Source of the DNA: Ramazzottius varieornatus
Lineage: Eukaryota > Animalia > Tardigrada
Length of the DNA stretch: 64,000 nucleotides
Assembly: GCA_001949185.1 (NCBI GenBank)
Contig: BDGG01000002.1
Coordinates: forward strand, 496,001-560,000
Direction of reading: 5' to 3'
Position 1 is the stretch's first letter. Each line of letters starts with the position of its first letter. The notes under the pieces are model-generated. The model saw only the letters and a list, made by a program, of their open reading frames with translations. It ran no database searches and had not been told where the DNA came from. A program made the translations under genes and the position numbers. Below are positions 12,878-24,257 of the stretch, piece by piece.

Positions 12878-15800
12878 ATGGACCAACAAGAGCTGCGGAC
12901 TTATGCATACGGCAATCTCTCCCTTTCCTCCACCACTGCTGCCGTCCCACCTTTGAATTATGATGACGACAGTGCAGCCGCTGTGAATCAATCAATTGCC
13001 GCCCAGATTGTCATTGCCTTCTTATTGACCGTCTTTATCCTGGTTGCCATAACCGGAAACATCCTCGTCTGTATTGCCATCTACACTGACCGCAACCTCC
13101 GCCATATCGGCAACACTTTCACCGCCTCACTAGCTGTGGCCGATCTCCTCGTCGGTCTAATCGGTAAATGACTTCATTGGCGGCAACACATTGATTTTCG
13201 TTACGCCCTTATAGCTCTTGTACAACATCCTCTCAATTCCCTAAATGGTCACATGACAGAGCCACCTCAAAACACACAAAACCGCATACTCATGCCGAAA
13301 CTTATGCGTCCTGGGCAGACTCTCCAAGTTCAATTTCCCAAGCAGCGCACGCTTCCAGCTAACAACCCTGAGAAAGTGCGCCACTGCGGAAAGCATCAGA
13401 CTCGTCAAGATCGTTCTTCCAAGTTGCGCAAGTTTCCATCCAATAACACTGATGACCAGCGCCACTTGAGCAAACACTCAAATAATCCGAGATGTGTTCC
13501 TAAGTCGCGCACCCATTCCACCAGTAACTCTGAGAATGTGCGTCACTTGGAAAAGTAAAACCGAACGATGGGCTCAGGGACGACGAAATCTTCGGTGAAT
13601 TAAGTACGAGATATCATACGATTGAGCCTAATGACATTATTAATTTTCCTTTCCCTGTTCTTGAGTTAGAAAATACGTCAGTGAAGAAAAGACATTGGAA
13701 AGTGTGGCATGTTTGACAAGCAATTTATCGGCGACAGCGAGTGAGACGACTGATATGTCAACACACGCTGCGGAGATCTTTCCGTGTTGGATTATTAATA
13801 GTCCCTCTCAATATTGGAGGCCACAATTCCCGTTCGTTAAGCGCCTAATGGTAAATGGCTCTCAAGAGAAAAGGCGCATTTACCCCCTTGAACATTACCC
13901 CTGACATGATAATCCGTCCGGAAGCTACTTCATCCACACTTTGACACGCTTTCCAATGATATTCTATCGTCTGCTCTGTCTTTTCTCGGTACTATGGACA
14001 GTGATGCCACTGGCTCTCGTCAACGATCTCTTGGGCTACTGGACGCTCCCACAGCTGCTCTGCGGAATTTGGATCTGTTTCGACATTATGGGCTCAACTG
14101 CTTCGGTAAGATACGCGGTCATGACAGCAGTTGTCCGAGCCTGTTTCTCCCAAACCGATCAACATGCAAATTGGTCCCTCAACTGCTGTTTGACAATTAA
14201 TGACCATCATGGAGAACTATTTGTCTATCCATCACCAAACTGTCAGTACCCTACTTTATCAACCGTGCTTGCTCGAGCGAGAAAAACGAGACGGGTGTCT
14301 TTTTCGTGCTCGAAAGCTGAGTTAGCTTCCTTGTCGTCACGTCCCACCGGCGAAGCTTTTGTGACTTCAAAAAGGACGGGCATTTTTTTGACAAAAGCAC
14401 CACATTAACTTGATTGTGTATCAACTACTGCACGTCACACATAGAACCTAAGCTAACAAACTGGCCAATTTTGATATTCCAAGCGGCGCATAACCTCAGT
14501 TCATAACAATGTCACCTTGCGCCACTTGGGAAATCAATCAAAGTTTTCAGATCGTTTTTCTAAGTGGCATTCCCCTTCGGCCAATAACACCAAAGACGTG
14601 CGCCACTTGAGAAAGCGATGAAACTCGGCAAGATCGAACCTGTAAGTGGCGCAGGCTTCCAGTCATTAACACCGTTAGCACGCGCCATTTAGGAAAACGG
14701 TCTTGTCGAGCTTATTTTCCGGGCTCTCAAATAGCAGGTGACGTCTGGGGAAATTCTTTTATTCGTCAAAAGATTCCCGAACGATTTATTGCATGGTTTT
14801 TCTCTGGGCGAAATGTAACAGCACAATAGATACAGGGTCTTTGATATCTTTGCCATGGTTCGCTGCGTCTATTCCAAGCCCGTGTTGACATGTGCGGTGT
14901 CTGTGAAAATTAAAAAACACCCTTGTGTGTTGTGCCCTTGTCAAAGAGAGAAGGAAAAAGTGCCGAGCTTGCAGAAGAAAGACAATTATCCAAACACAAG
15001 TGAATTATCAATTGCCACAAGAATTATTGCAAAAGCCACTAGAAAAGAAAGCCTAGGGCTAGCTGCATTTGATAAGGTTAAAGTCCTCCTTTTGTTACCA
15101 CAAAACAAGCCGCACACGCCGTTCATCTATGCCCGTTTCTTTTCCCAGGCAGTTACGTATGCACTGTACGTGAAGTGTATCCTTTCGGTCTTAAATTTGG
15201 TTCGCGAAACCAGACTTTTTCGAGGTTTGAGCGTTGTTTACAAAGCCTGGAGCCCTTCGGCGTTCGACAAAGCGCTACCGGGACTTTTCACATTATGCAT
15301 GATTAGTTTTCCACAGAAGACTGATGCCAGTCTACGTCATATCACATAATAGAGCGTAAAGATATGAGATGACAGAAGTAATAATTATGCCTGTACTAGT
15401 GATTGTCATATTCATTTCCTTCCGGCAATTAGCAAATCGAATTTTTGTTAGCTCCAGTTTCGAAGACCATATTGCAAAGAAGAGCCTTCATTATCTACAA
15501 TGGAATTATGGCCAGCACGAGCTTTCACCAAACCTTCGCGCCAGACGGGACCTGGACAGCCACACAAGATCATATTTCAAGTGGCGCCTTTTTCCAGCCG
15601 TTACCGCCGAAAACATGCGCCAGTGGGGAAAACATGCGAAACAGAAGAGGTCATTCAAGGTGGCGCAGGCTTTCAGTCAATAACAGTGGCAATATGCGCC
15701 ATCTGGAGAGGCAATCTTGTCGAGTTTATTTACCAAGCTTCGAGATGAGAAACGGCTTTTTACGACCAACCTTCCGAAAGCCGATCAAGCATTTAGTACC

Positions 15801-18555
15801 GTTCAGTACGTCGAATAGTTGCTTCTCGCACATATAGTCTTCGGGAAAAGCGGGGTTTAGGGCTGCATGGTCGTCCTTGGTGTGACCCAACTAATAGTCC
15901 CGACTTGCAAGAGGCTGCACGCGAATAAGCCTGTGGGTGTCGGCAACGGGGCTAGACTTGCCCACGTGTGGCGTACTCCGGAAGACGTTTGCCTACACTT
16001 AACGATCGGGTACGGGTTCAAGTTCGCTCAGCCGCGGGACATTAAACGATCGTTACGCTGTCCAACCACTCATAAATTGATCCAGCAAACAGAGAAAATC
16101 GAGTTAAGCAAAATGGCGATAAGCTCAACTTTTGGGAAACCACATTGATCGAAATTAGATGATTAGATCGGCTACAATGGCGACTGGGACTGGCTTTCCC
16201 CAGTCGACTTCGTTTTTCTTCCTAGGGAAAAGGAAACCAGGATTTTTAAGAGCAAAGCCTTATGATCAACCAACATAATTATCACCTCAAAACAAAGCAG
16301 AGTAGAACAGAATTGACAAGAGCGTTCCATCAAGTCGCACACCCTACCAGCTTATAACAACACAGATGTGCGCGACTTGACAAGCTATTTTTTTGTTCCA
16401 GGTGGCGCACTTTCTAGCCTATAGTATTATGACAGATTTTTCGATCATTTGATACTGCATTTATGTGCCGCGTTGAAATTCCTGTTTCAGATTCTGAACC
16501 TGTGCGCCATCAGTCTGGACCGGTACATGCACATCAAGGACCCGATGCACTACAACGAGACAATCACAGCCAAGGTGGTCATTCCCTCCGTCGTAGTATT
16601 GTGGATATTATCGGCGCTGATGTCCTTTGTCCCTCTAAACCTGGGCTGGCATCGGCCTGTGGAAAGCGACAGCGTCGACCTCCTGCAGTCCTCCACGCGA
16701 CCAACAACCACGGTGGCGATGCCATCGTCTTCATTTGCTCAAGCCGACCTTCCTCCCGCGCCCTTCAAATGTGCGCTGGAACTAAACCCCATCTACGCTC
16801 TAACCAGCTCCATCATCAGCTTCTACTTTCCCTGCATCATCATGCTGATCATCTATGCGCGACTGTACATGGAGGCCCGCCGGCATGTGCGCAGCCTCAA
16901 GGAAGTGACGTCGTCAGTGGTCAACTGCACTCACAGCGTCTCGTCCACCAACCTGCATACACCCTCATCAGGGACTGTCATGCGGAATGGCTCAGCGCCG
17001 GTTGAGTTCTACACGGCGACCGTCGATCGCAGCATGCAGACCCGCTTGAGATCCGAGCACAAAGCCGCGGTGACGTTAGGGATTATCGTGGGAGTATTTC
17101 TGGTGTGTTGCGCACCCTTCTTCATCATCAATATCGTCCATGCCAACTGCCGCTGCATCTCCACCGTGGCCTTCAAATCCCTCACGTGGCTTGGCTACTG
17201 TAAGTTTGACGTACATTTAGACTAACTTGACGCCCCCATTCTGAGAAGAAATAGAACTGCCATTAACATTCATACATTAAACCATGAATGGATGTACAGT
17301 TTGGGAGATGTTTTCTTACGTGACAGTAATAACCAGGGCGAAAGCGTGTTCGTGACTAATCGATCTGTTCTTTGCTGGTGCGAAAGCGATCATCTTTCTC
17401 GGCTTCGCCTTTCATATGTTCTTGCTCTATATATGGGGCCAAGGCAAACAAGTTCGCCAAGATCGCTTTTCCAAGTGGCGCACGCTTTTGGCCAGGAAAC
17501 CCGAGACTGTGCGCTACTTGGAAAAGCAATCAAACTGGCCAAGATTGCTTTTTCAAAGTGGCGCACGAGTTCAGCCAATGCCATCAACAAAGTGCGGTAC
17601 TTGGAAAGAGCAGCCTGTCGAGTTTGTTCATGCCTAGCGCAGAAATTTTTGCGGGCCAAAGCTCGAACAAATGTTTGGGGGTCTAAAGCGTAAAGGCAGT
17701 AATACGAGTGTTTAGTTTGAACTCGGACGAGCCGAGTACGGCACAAGGCGCATTATTCCCAGAAAGTTTGAATATTTCCGCTCTGCTTGTTTGATCAGAT
17801 GCCGAGTAAACTCAATGTTATTCACCGGGAAGATTGACGTACATTTCCATATCTTAACGATCAGTTGAGGGGCGTCTCAGTTTCATCCAGAAGTCAGAAG
17901 TGACCTCTTATCGCTCTTAGATAGCTGTGACCTGTCATCCATCATACTTTACGCCCATGTTCATCCGCCACTCACACCACCTTCAGGGCGACATTTCACT
18001 GCTCCTTTGTCACTCATACGCGTTATCCCATTTTCCAATCGCCATGCAAGCTTTAACTGCTCGAACAGAAGAAGCGTCTAAAAAAGTAATAAGAAAGCAG
18101 ATGAACAGAAAGTAAATAAAATAAAAACAAAATGCAAAAGTAAATTACAAAAATTAAAGACAACTGCTAGAGTAGGACATGTACTAAGAAACAGAAACCG
18201 CAAAGTTTGTCCGCTGTCGTCCTCATGATTCATTGACCGATGCAAATCCAACGAGGTACTTGCCGTCCTTTTAGGCAACTCGGCCTTCAACCCCATCATT
18301 TACAGCATCTTCAATCAAGACTTCCGCAAAGCGTTCCGGAAGTTGTTGCACGTCAGAGTCTGTTTGCCGCGTCGGCGGACGGAACGTGAACGAGCCGTGT
18401 CAGCCACGGAAACGACAGCCTTGAGGATAACGCCGACGATAACTCTACGCACGCCCTCGCCTCATTTGTACCACAACGGCAGGCGCTCGAGGTCCCGATC
18501 TCAGACGCCGCTTCCTACCTTTGACTTTGAGAGCCCTTCCGATGTCGCCTTATAG
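12878..18555 (+). CDS. Dop1R1-like: D1-like dopamine receptor (invertebrate Dop1R1/DOP1 type), 4 exons
   Basis: Exons 12878-13163, 14002-14105, 16491-17199, 18275-18555. Motifs: GNILVCIAIYTDRNLRHIGN, SLAVAD, VNDLLGYW, D3.32 in FDIMGSTAS, ILNLCAISLDRY, TM5 TSSIISFYFPC, EHKAAVTLG, NSAFNPIIY, DFRKAF. Confidence 0.88.
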
Positions 18556-19146
18556 CTACAAGCTTCCTCTTTTTTTCTTGCTGATTACTTTGTAGCCTTT
18601 GAATTTGTATTTGAATATGATGAGCCCGCCAAGAGTACCGAAGAACCACGGTTTCTAAAGCTGAAGGAGTCTGTTAGTAACGGCCATCCATAGAGAAAAC
18701 GTTTCAGAGCTTTGCATTTAACATCTTTACTGTAAAATTACTTCTTAGCCGACATAAAATTTCACACCACAGAAAGCGACATTTAGGACTCTTCGGCATC
18801 AAATGAGCTTCTTCGGCAGACCGGCAGATAAGACTTACAATATCGTTTTTCAAGCGGCGCACGTCGTCGTTGTTGTTGGTCAGGAGCGTGCGCTACTTGT
18901 AGAAACGATCTTCACCAGTTTGGTTGTATTCTCAAGCGGCGCAGGTTTCGAGCCAGCAGCAATGACAACAAGCGCCACTTGAGATAACGACCTTGTAATT
19001 TTCGTTTGCTAACTTTCCCATCTCCTGGTCGATTTAGAAAGAGCAAAGTACAAGATCGCAGGATAAGGCGGCGTTGTAAATGAATGGACAGACTATTGGA
19101 GACTCAATTGTTCGTGGTAAAGAAAGGTTAAATGGGCGCTAGGTTG

Positions 19147-19557
19147 TCACAACTGGGCGTTGAGTGGAGGTGGGGGAGCCAGCACCGCAGGATGATGGTC
19201 GGGAGGTCCGGAGTTTCCAAACGCCCTCTGGAACATTCTCTTCACGCCCGACCAGTGTCCTTCTTCGACCAGGTCTTCCGTCATTGCGGCATCCTCCAGT
19301 ATCTGGTAGTGAAGGACCACGAGGTAGATCCCAAAGGCAGCACAGACAAGCAGCAGGAGGAACTGGACGCTACAGAACCACGAGGTCCACATGGATGCTG
19401 GTTCGGTATGGCTGTGTTTCCTAATTCGAGTGTAACCAGACATCCGGGATAGGAGTCCTTCCGGTTTCGTCGGTGGAGCAGCATCGGAGACGTCAATCAC
19501 GAAAGAGTCATCGCCGATCGGCTGTGGTGAAGAGGGGGATCGGCGTATCAAAGACAT
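19147..19557 (-). CDS. Small single-pass membrane protein, unknown family (paralog A)
   Basis: Intronless 136-aa ORF with one hydrophobic segment (WFCSVQFLLLLVCAAFGIYLVVLHY); similar to the adjacent ORF at 20251-20610. Confidence 0.65.
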   Translation of the reverse strand: MSLIRRSPSSPQPIGDDSFVIDVSDAAPPTKPEGLLSRMSGYTRIRKHSHTEPASMWTSWFCSVQFLLLLVCAAFGIYLVVLHYQILEDAAMTEDLVEEGHWSGVKRMFQRAFGNSGPPDHHPAVLAPPPPLNAQL

Positions 19558-20250
19558 TGCGCACCTCACAATACAACTTTAACCAACGACTTTTTACCGT
19601 CAAAGAGACTGTTACGAAGTACAAACAGACCTCTGTCGATACGGTGGACTAGCTTTCGGTCCTGTATATATGGAAGTGGCCCGCGGTTCCGTGGACCATG
19701 TAACGTGCATTAAATATTCAACTGACTTTGAAGAGGTTCGAAGCGGAATACTTCGTCTTGCGAATTTATAGCAGCCAAGTTTTCCTGGTAGGAAAGCTCT
19801 GGCGAGAATATTATCTTCTAGCATAATCCTAGGCCAACACTTTCCTAATTCAGCTAAATATACGAACGGCAGGCACCAGCCCTGTGGTGTGAGTTTACCC
19901 GATTTCTCCACAAGTACCAGGCTGACCAATGACCAGGCAAAGTGCTCGCAGAAATATCGAACTTTCCTAGAACCGAAAAATTTTCGGAAGTCGACAACCA
20001 AACTCCACAAAATTGCTTTCCTGAGTGGCGCACTTATTTAGTGTTATTGCCTAGGAGCTTGCGTCACTTGGGGAAAACGACCTTGTCGAGTTCGCTTGTT
20101 TCCACCAAGTGGCGCGCATCCTCCGTGTTATGGAATGGAGGCGTGCGGCACTTGAGAAAACGATCTTGTCCAGTTTGATTGTTTATGTTCTATATACCAA
20201 TGTCGGCCCGATAGATGCTCAGTACATCAACAAGCAACAGCATGAAAACA

Positions 20251-20610
20251 TCACGGAGGCACAGCGGAAATGTTCTTCTGTGGCTTGGTTGTCTTGCGAT
20301 GACGAAGACGTGGCCCTGGGGCGATGACCGGAGGTTCCCGGCCAAAGATCTTCCACTGCAGCAGCTGGAAGAAAGTCAGGTTTTCTTCTTTCGCCATTGC
20401 CCGTTCTAGGTACTCTTCATGATCTTTATCCGGATCGCCTTGCACGGGATAGTGCCGCATCAGCAGCAGAATAACGGTGGAGGCACATATTGAGAGCAAC
20501 AGGAACTGGATACTGCAGAAAATCCGCTGCAGCCAGGTTGCCAACTTGAAATTACCAGATGAATCTTTGTGCATGGGGGTTTTCCGCATGTAACCTGACA
20601 AACGACCCAT
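20251..20610 (-). CDS. Small single-pass membrane protein, unknown family (paralog B)
   Basis: MGRLSGYMR...IFCSIQFLLLSICASTVILLLMRHY...; shares the R[ML]SGYxR and FCS[VI]QFLLLx[VI]CA...HY motifs with paralog A. Confidence 0.6.
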   Translation of the reverse strand: MGRLSGYMRKTPMHKDSSGNFKLATWLQRIFCSIQFLLLSICASTVILLLMRHYPVQGDPDKDHEEYLERAMAKEENLTFFQLLQWKIFGREPPVIAPGPRLRHRKTTKPQKNISAVPP

Positions 20611-21142
20611 GATAACATGGAACTTAATTATGTAGAGTCCCACTTGAACCAAATTGCAATGCCTTGAGAAGAAAACAGGAGGGTTCTGAAGCGGACTTCA
20701 AATTCCAAAGTGTCATGCCGAAGCCTAAAACAATCGTAGAAATATGGCGCCAGTTGATTAGTCGTTGATGCAGAGTGCGTCAGCGACTTCAAATGAGCAA
20801 ACGCTCCTTTTGATGGTCTGCTGCTGTGCTAGGAAGAAGATTTTCCACCAGTTTTCCATTTTGATTTTGCAAGTCAGCACTGAGTAGTCATACAGTAGAA
20901 GTCACCGGGAGTATCGGAGGCCAGGGCCGGAAAGAAAAACAAAAAGGCTAAAAGTAAAACCGGAAGATTCGTTTCCAGAGAGAGATCACAGCATCGGACA
21001 GATAGAGCGCAAAATTCCTGTCATGAGTCAGCAAAACCAGTACACGTTAAAACAGTTAAAATTGTAAAACGGGAAACAGTTAGAAGTTAAAACTGCAAAA
21101 CGAGAAACCCAACATCTTTATTTTCCATATTGTCGGTTTCCG

Positions 21143-22931
21143 TCATGCTCGGGAGTGGTTTTTTCCCGCGCACTGCGGAAAGATGTGGCAGGTGTCGTTC
21201 CAGTACTTGTAGAACTGGGAAGGTGGCATGTAGCGCACAGCGATAAGGTCCTTCTTCGGGCACTTGTAGGGTCGATTGCGGTCAAAAATGTAATCGTACT
21301 CATACCCTTCCATGTTATGCCTTCCTACACCTGTAACGGACAGCTTTGCTTGAGTTTTTCTGATAGCCAGGTGGTGGCTATTTTCTACGTAAACTCTTCC
21401 TCAAGAAGCAAGTTAAAAGTAAGCGGATGGGGAATCAAGCAATTCTAACACACCGGCATAATCAGCCACCATCCCTGTCCAGTAGATATCTTCCAGTGGA
21501 ATCCATTTCACTTCGGTAGATTTCCGTAAGAGAGTTTTGATGATATTCCTTGGTATAGCGTACATCATGCTAATCACATACTGCAACCAGAAAGAATTAC
21601 CATTGTCGTTAACAAAAACCCTTCCGCCTGGCGAAAAATCAGTGCAGAAGATCACGCTTTCAACATGTAGAAAAATGAGCAATAATAATTAATTATTCAT
21701 GTCGAAAAATGTTCAAGTCAGCATGCTCAATCCAAAAACAGTGTTCGGATACATTGTTCGACATTTCAATACAATGTGTGAAAGCATGACTTTTGTCGGG
21801 AATGTCCGACGGGGTTTTCGGTTTACCTCGGGATATGTTTCCTCGATGTAATCCTCACGCGCAACATAAAAGTAACTCTTTGGATCGCGAAAGACAACAG
21901 TGTTCTTATATACGCAATGACCGAAGATAGCTTCGGGCTGACTGTGGGAAACAATGTACTTTTCAAAGTCTTGTCGGTTTACATAAGTATGGTCTTCACC
22001 CTTTGCCAAGTACGGCACATCGGGGCATTCTCGGAGAAACCATTCAAAGGTGGCTTTGGTCTTGTTGGTCAGCGTACGGCTGCTATCCAGGATATGGCCG
22101 AACTGAAGAATGTCCTGGAAGTCGCTGGCTTCCTTGTCGACCTGCGCTTGCAGGCTCTCCATTTCCGCCTTGGTCTCACTGGTACCGTCGACCACGTTTA
22201 GAACGAAGATGACTCGGGATCCACATGGAGGCTTGGCTAGAGAGCCCCACGTTTCGCGGATAGCTTTCCTTCGTTCAACCTGGATAAACAAAATATAAGG
22301 AAATGTGATTCTATTGAGGACATGGATGAAAACTGCAAATCCGTCTTTGAGACATACACCTCCATACACAGACGACAGCTAAACTAGACCTATTTGCCGC
22401 ATGTCTCAAAAAGTGAAAAAATGAGTCTTTGAGACACACATACGTGCATACGCAAAGACAGTTAAACTTAACACATATACTATATGCATATGCGTGTCTC
22501 AACGTGTAAAAGCGTGAGTATTCAAGCCAACAACGTAAAATCATCTTAGGTTAGAATTGGAGGTTTGTAAGGATGTTTACCTGTTTCGCGACGGAGAAGA
22601 TGAAATAGACGAAAGACAAGTCAGGTTCAGCTTTACAGGAAGAAGGTTCGTGGTGGATTTTGTCGCTGGTTTTGGCGATGGAAGGCAGCGTGACATCGGG
22701 CGCAGAAAGATCGACGTAGAGTGCAGCTTCTTTGTCGATGGACGTTTCACTCTCCGTGATGGCTCCATCCTTGACTGCCACTCGTGAGAAGGAGCAGTAC
22801 TTGGTCATGTTCCCGAAGAGGAATCCGATGACGAAGATGATGGCAAATGCTGCGGCCAGCAGCAGCTTTGGCTGAGTCTGCGCTCCCATCCTCACTCCCA
22901 CCTTGGCTTTGTCCAGGCTATTGTACACCAT
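21143..22931 (-). CDS. GT31 beta-1,3-galactosyltransferase-like type II membrane protein, 4 exons
   Basis: Exons 22931-22581, 22279-21827, 21580-21454, 21330-21143. N-terminal TM, RRKAIRETWG, EASDFQDIL, LTNKT, YLAKGEDHTYVN, VFRDPKSYFYV, YP, EDIYWTG. Confidence 0.85.
22343..22503. repeat. Two tandem imperfect hairpin units (TTGAGAC...GTCTCAA) in GT31 intron 1
   Basis: gtctttgagacatacacc...acagctaaact...atgtctcaaa at 22343 and gtctttgagacacacat...acagttaaact...gtgtctcaa at 22425. Confidence 0.6.
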
Positions 22932-23075
22932 CGTACAGTTTCGTCACCAAAGTTGCAGTAAGTCTGCCGAGACAAGAAAAGGAACGGAGTATACCAACGT
23001 CACAACCGGAAACGAAGGACATCCAAAATGATTTTAGAATACGTACACGCAGGATGAGAAATTATGGTACGAGTA

Positions 23076-23630
23076 CAGTAAAAATAATGGTACAGGCCTT
23101 TTCGCTGCGGCGGTACGGAAGCACACACGTACGCGACCGATCCATAAAGTACAGTATAGTAATACATTAAGGGATTACAAAGATAGATTACACCGCTGGT
23201 GGAATTACAACACTGGTGTAATTGGCTCCACCCCCACCCTTACAATTGGCCTATTCATGCCACCAAACATTACACTTTCGGTGTAATTACGAGTCGCTCC
23301 GGAACGACTCGTAATTACACCAGACTTAACCAACATCCCGAGTGCGCTGTGCTCCCCTCCAAACTTCCAAATGTCATTCCTCCGACACCAAACATCTCAT
23401 AATCCTCCGATCGTACTTACCTGCAGTGCGGGGCTTTCAAAGCCAGCTGTTACACCGCTTTCCTAACTGGTCAAAAAACTTTTCCTGGGCGTTTCCACCA
23501 AAGTAGTTGGTGTAATTACACCACCAAGCCAGCTTAGTCTTTGTAAGCCCTTATTTTTCGACACTTTCTGATTTCTACGGTTGAATTTTTCATTTTGCCG
23601 TCCTTTCCGCCTGTCCCATAATTTTTACTG
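23076..23630. mobile_element. Tc1/pogo-type MITE (CAGT termini, TA flanks) containing a nested MITE
   Basis: TA|CAGTAAAAATAATGGTACAGGC ... GCCTGTCCCATAATTTTTACTG|TA. Confidence 0.7.
23170..23551. mobile_element. Nested MITE with TA flanks and an internal palindrome
   Basis: TA|AGGGATTACAAAGA ... TCTTTGTAAGCCCT|TA. Central palindrome ggtgtaattacgagtcg-ctccggaa-cgactcgtaattacacc (23280-23321) and repeated GTAATTACAC motifs. Confidence 0.65.
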
Positions 23631-23653
23631 TACCATAATTTGTCGTTTTGCAT

Positions 23654-23804
23654 GTACTGTAAAAAGCCGCTACGTCCGCGCAGCACGTCATAGTACGCGT
23701 GAAGTGTAGCATCGGTCCGGCTGTGCTGCCTGTCCAAGCCCCTGCGGGGTAGTCTCGTCACGTACTTATACGTAATGCGCGGATGCAGCGAATTTTTACA
23801 ATAC
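23654..23804. mobile_element. MITE-like foldback of about 150 bp
   Basis: gtactgtaaaaagccgctacgtccgcgca versus reverse complement of the right end gtattgtaaaaattcgctgcatccgcgca. Confidence 0.6.
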
Positions 23805-24257
23805 GAGGTAAACGTCACAATTCGGACGTAGTGATTTTCCCGTCACAATGCGGGCGGTCTACAATTTCGTACCTCGTGGCCCGATCCGTTTGTTTTCAAT
23901 GCTATCTTGTGGAGAAAGATCGTCCCTATCTAGCCAAACAGATTTGAGCACACACATAGCCTAGACCTTGAAGATACAACGCTCGGAAGAAATGAGAGTT
24001 GCTGTAATGCTAAAAATCCTGGAAAAGACTCAACAGCGAGGCCGAGAGAGGCGCTGTTGTCGCTTTTCGCGATAGCTGTGATCTACGTCATGGAGTCGGT
24101 CTCAATCATTTTGGGAATCCCATAAGTGAAGTAAGCCGTAGGATGTTTGCCATGACGAACTTCCGCCAGTGAGCAATGGCAGAGCACTGACGCAATACTG
24201 CATCGCCGTTTGTACAAACGATCCTTCGTTTGCGATATTACGAGAACTTCTGGCAAG

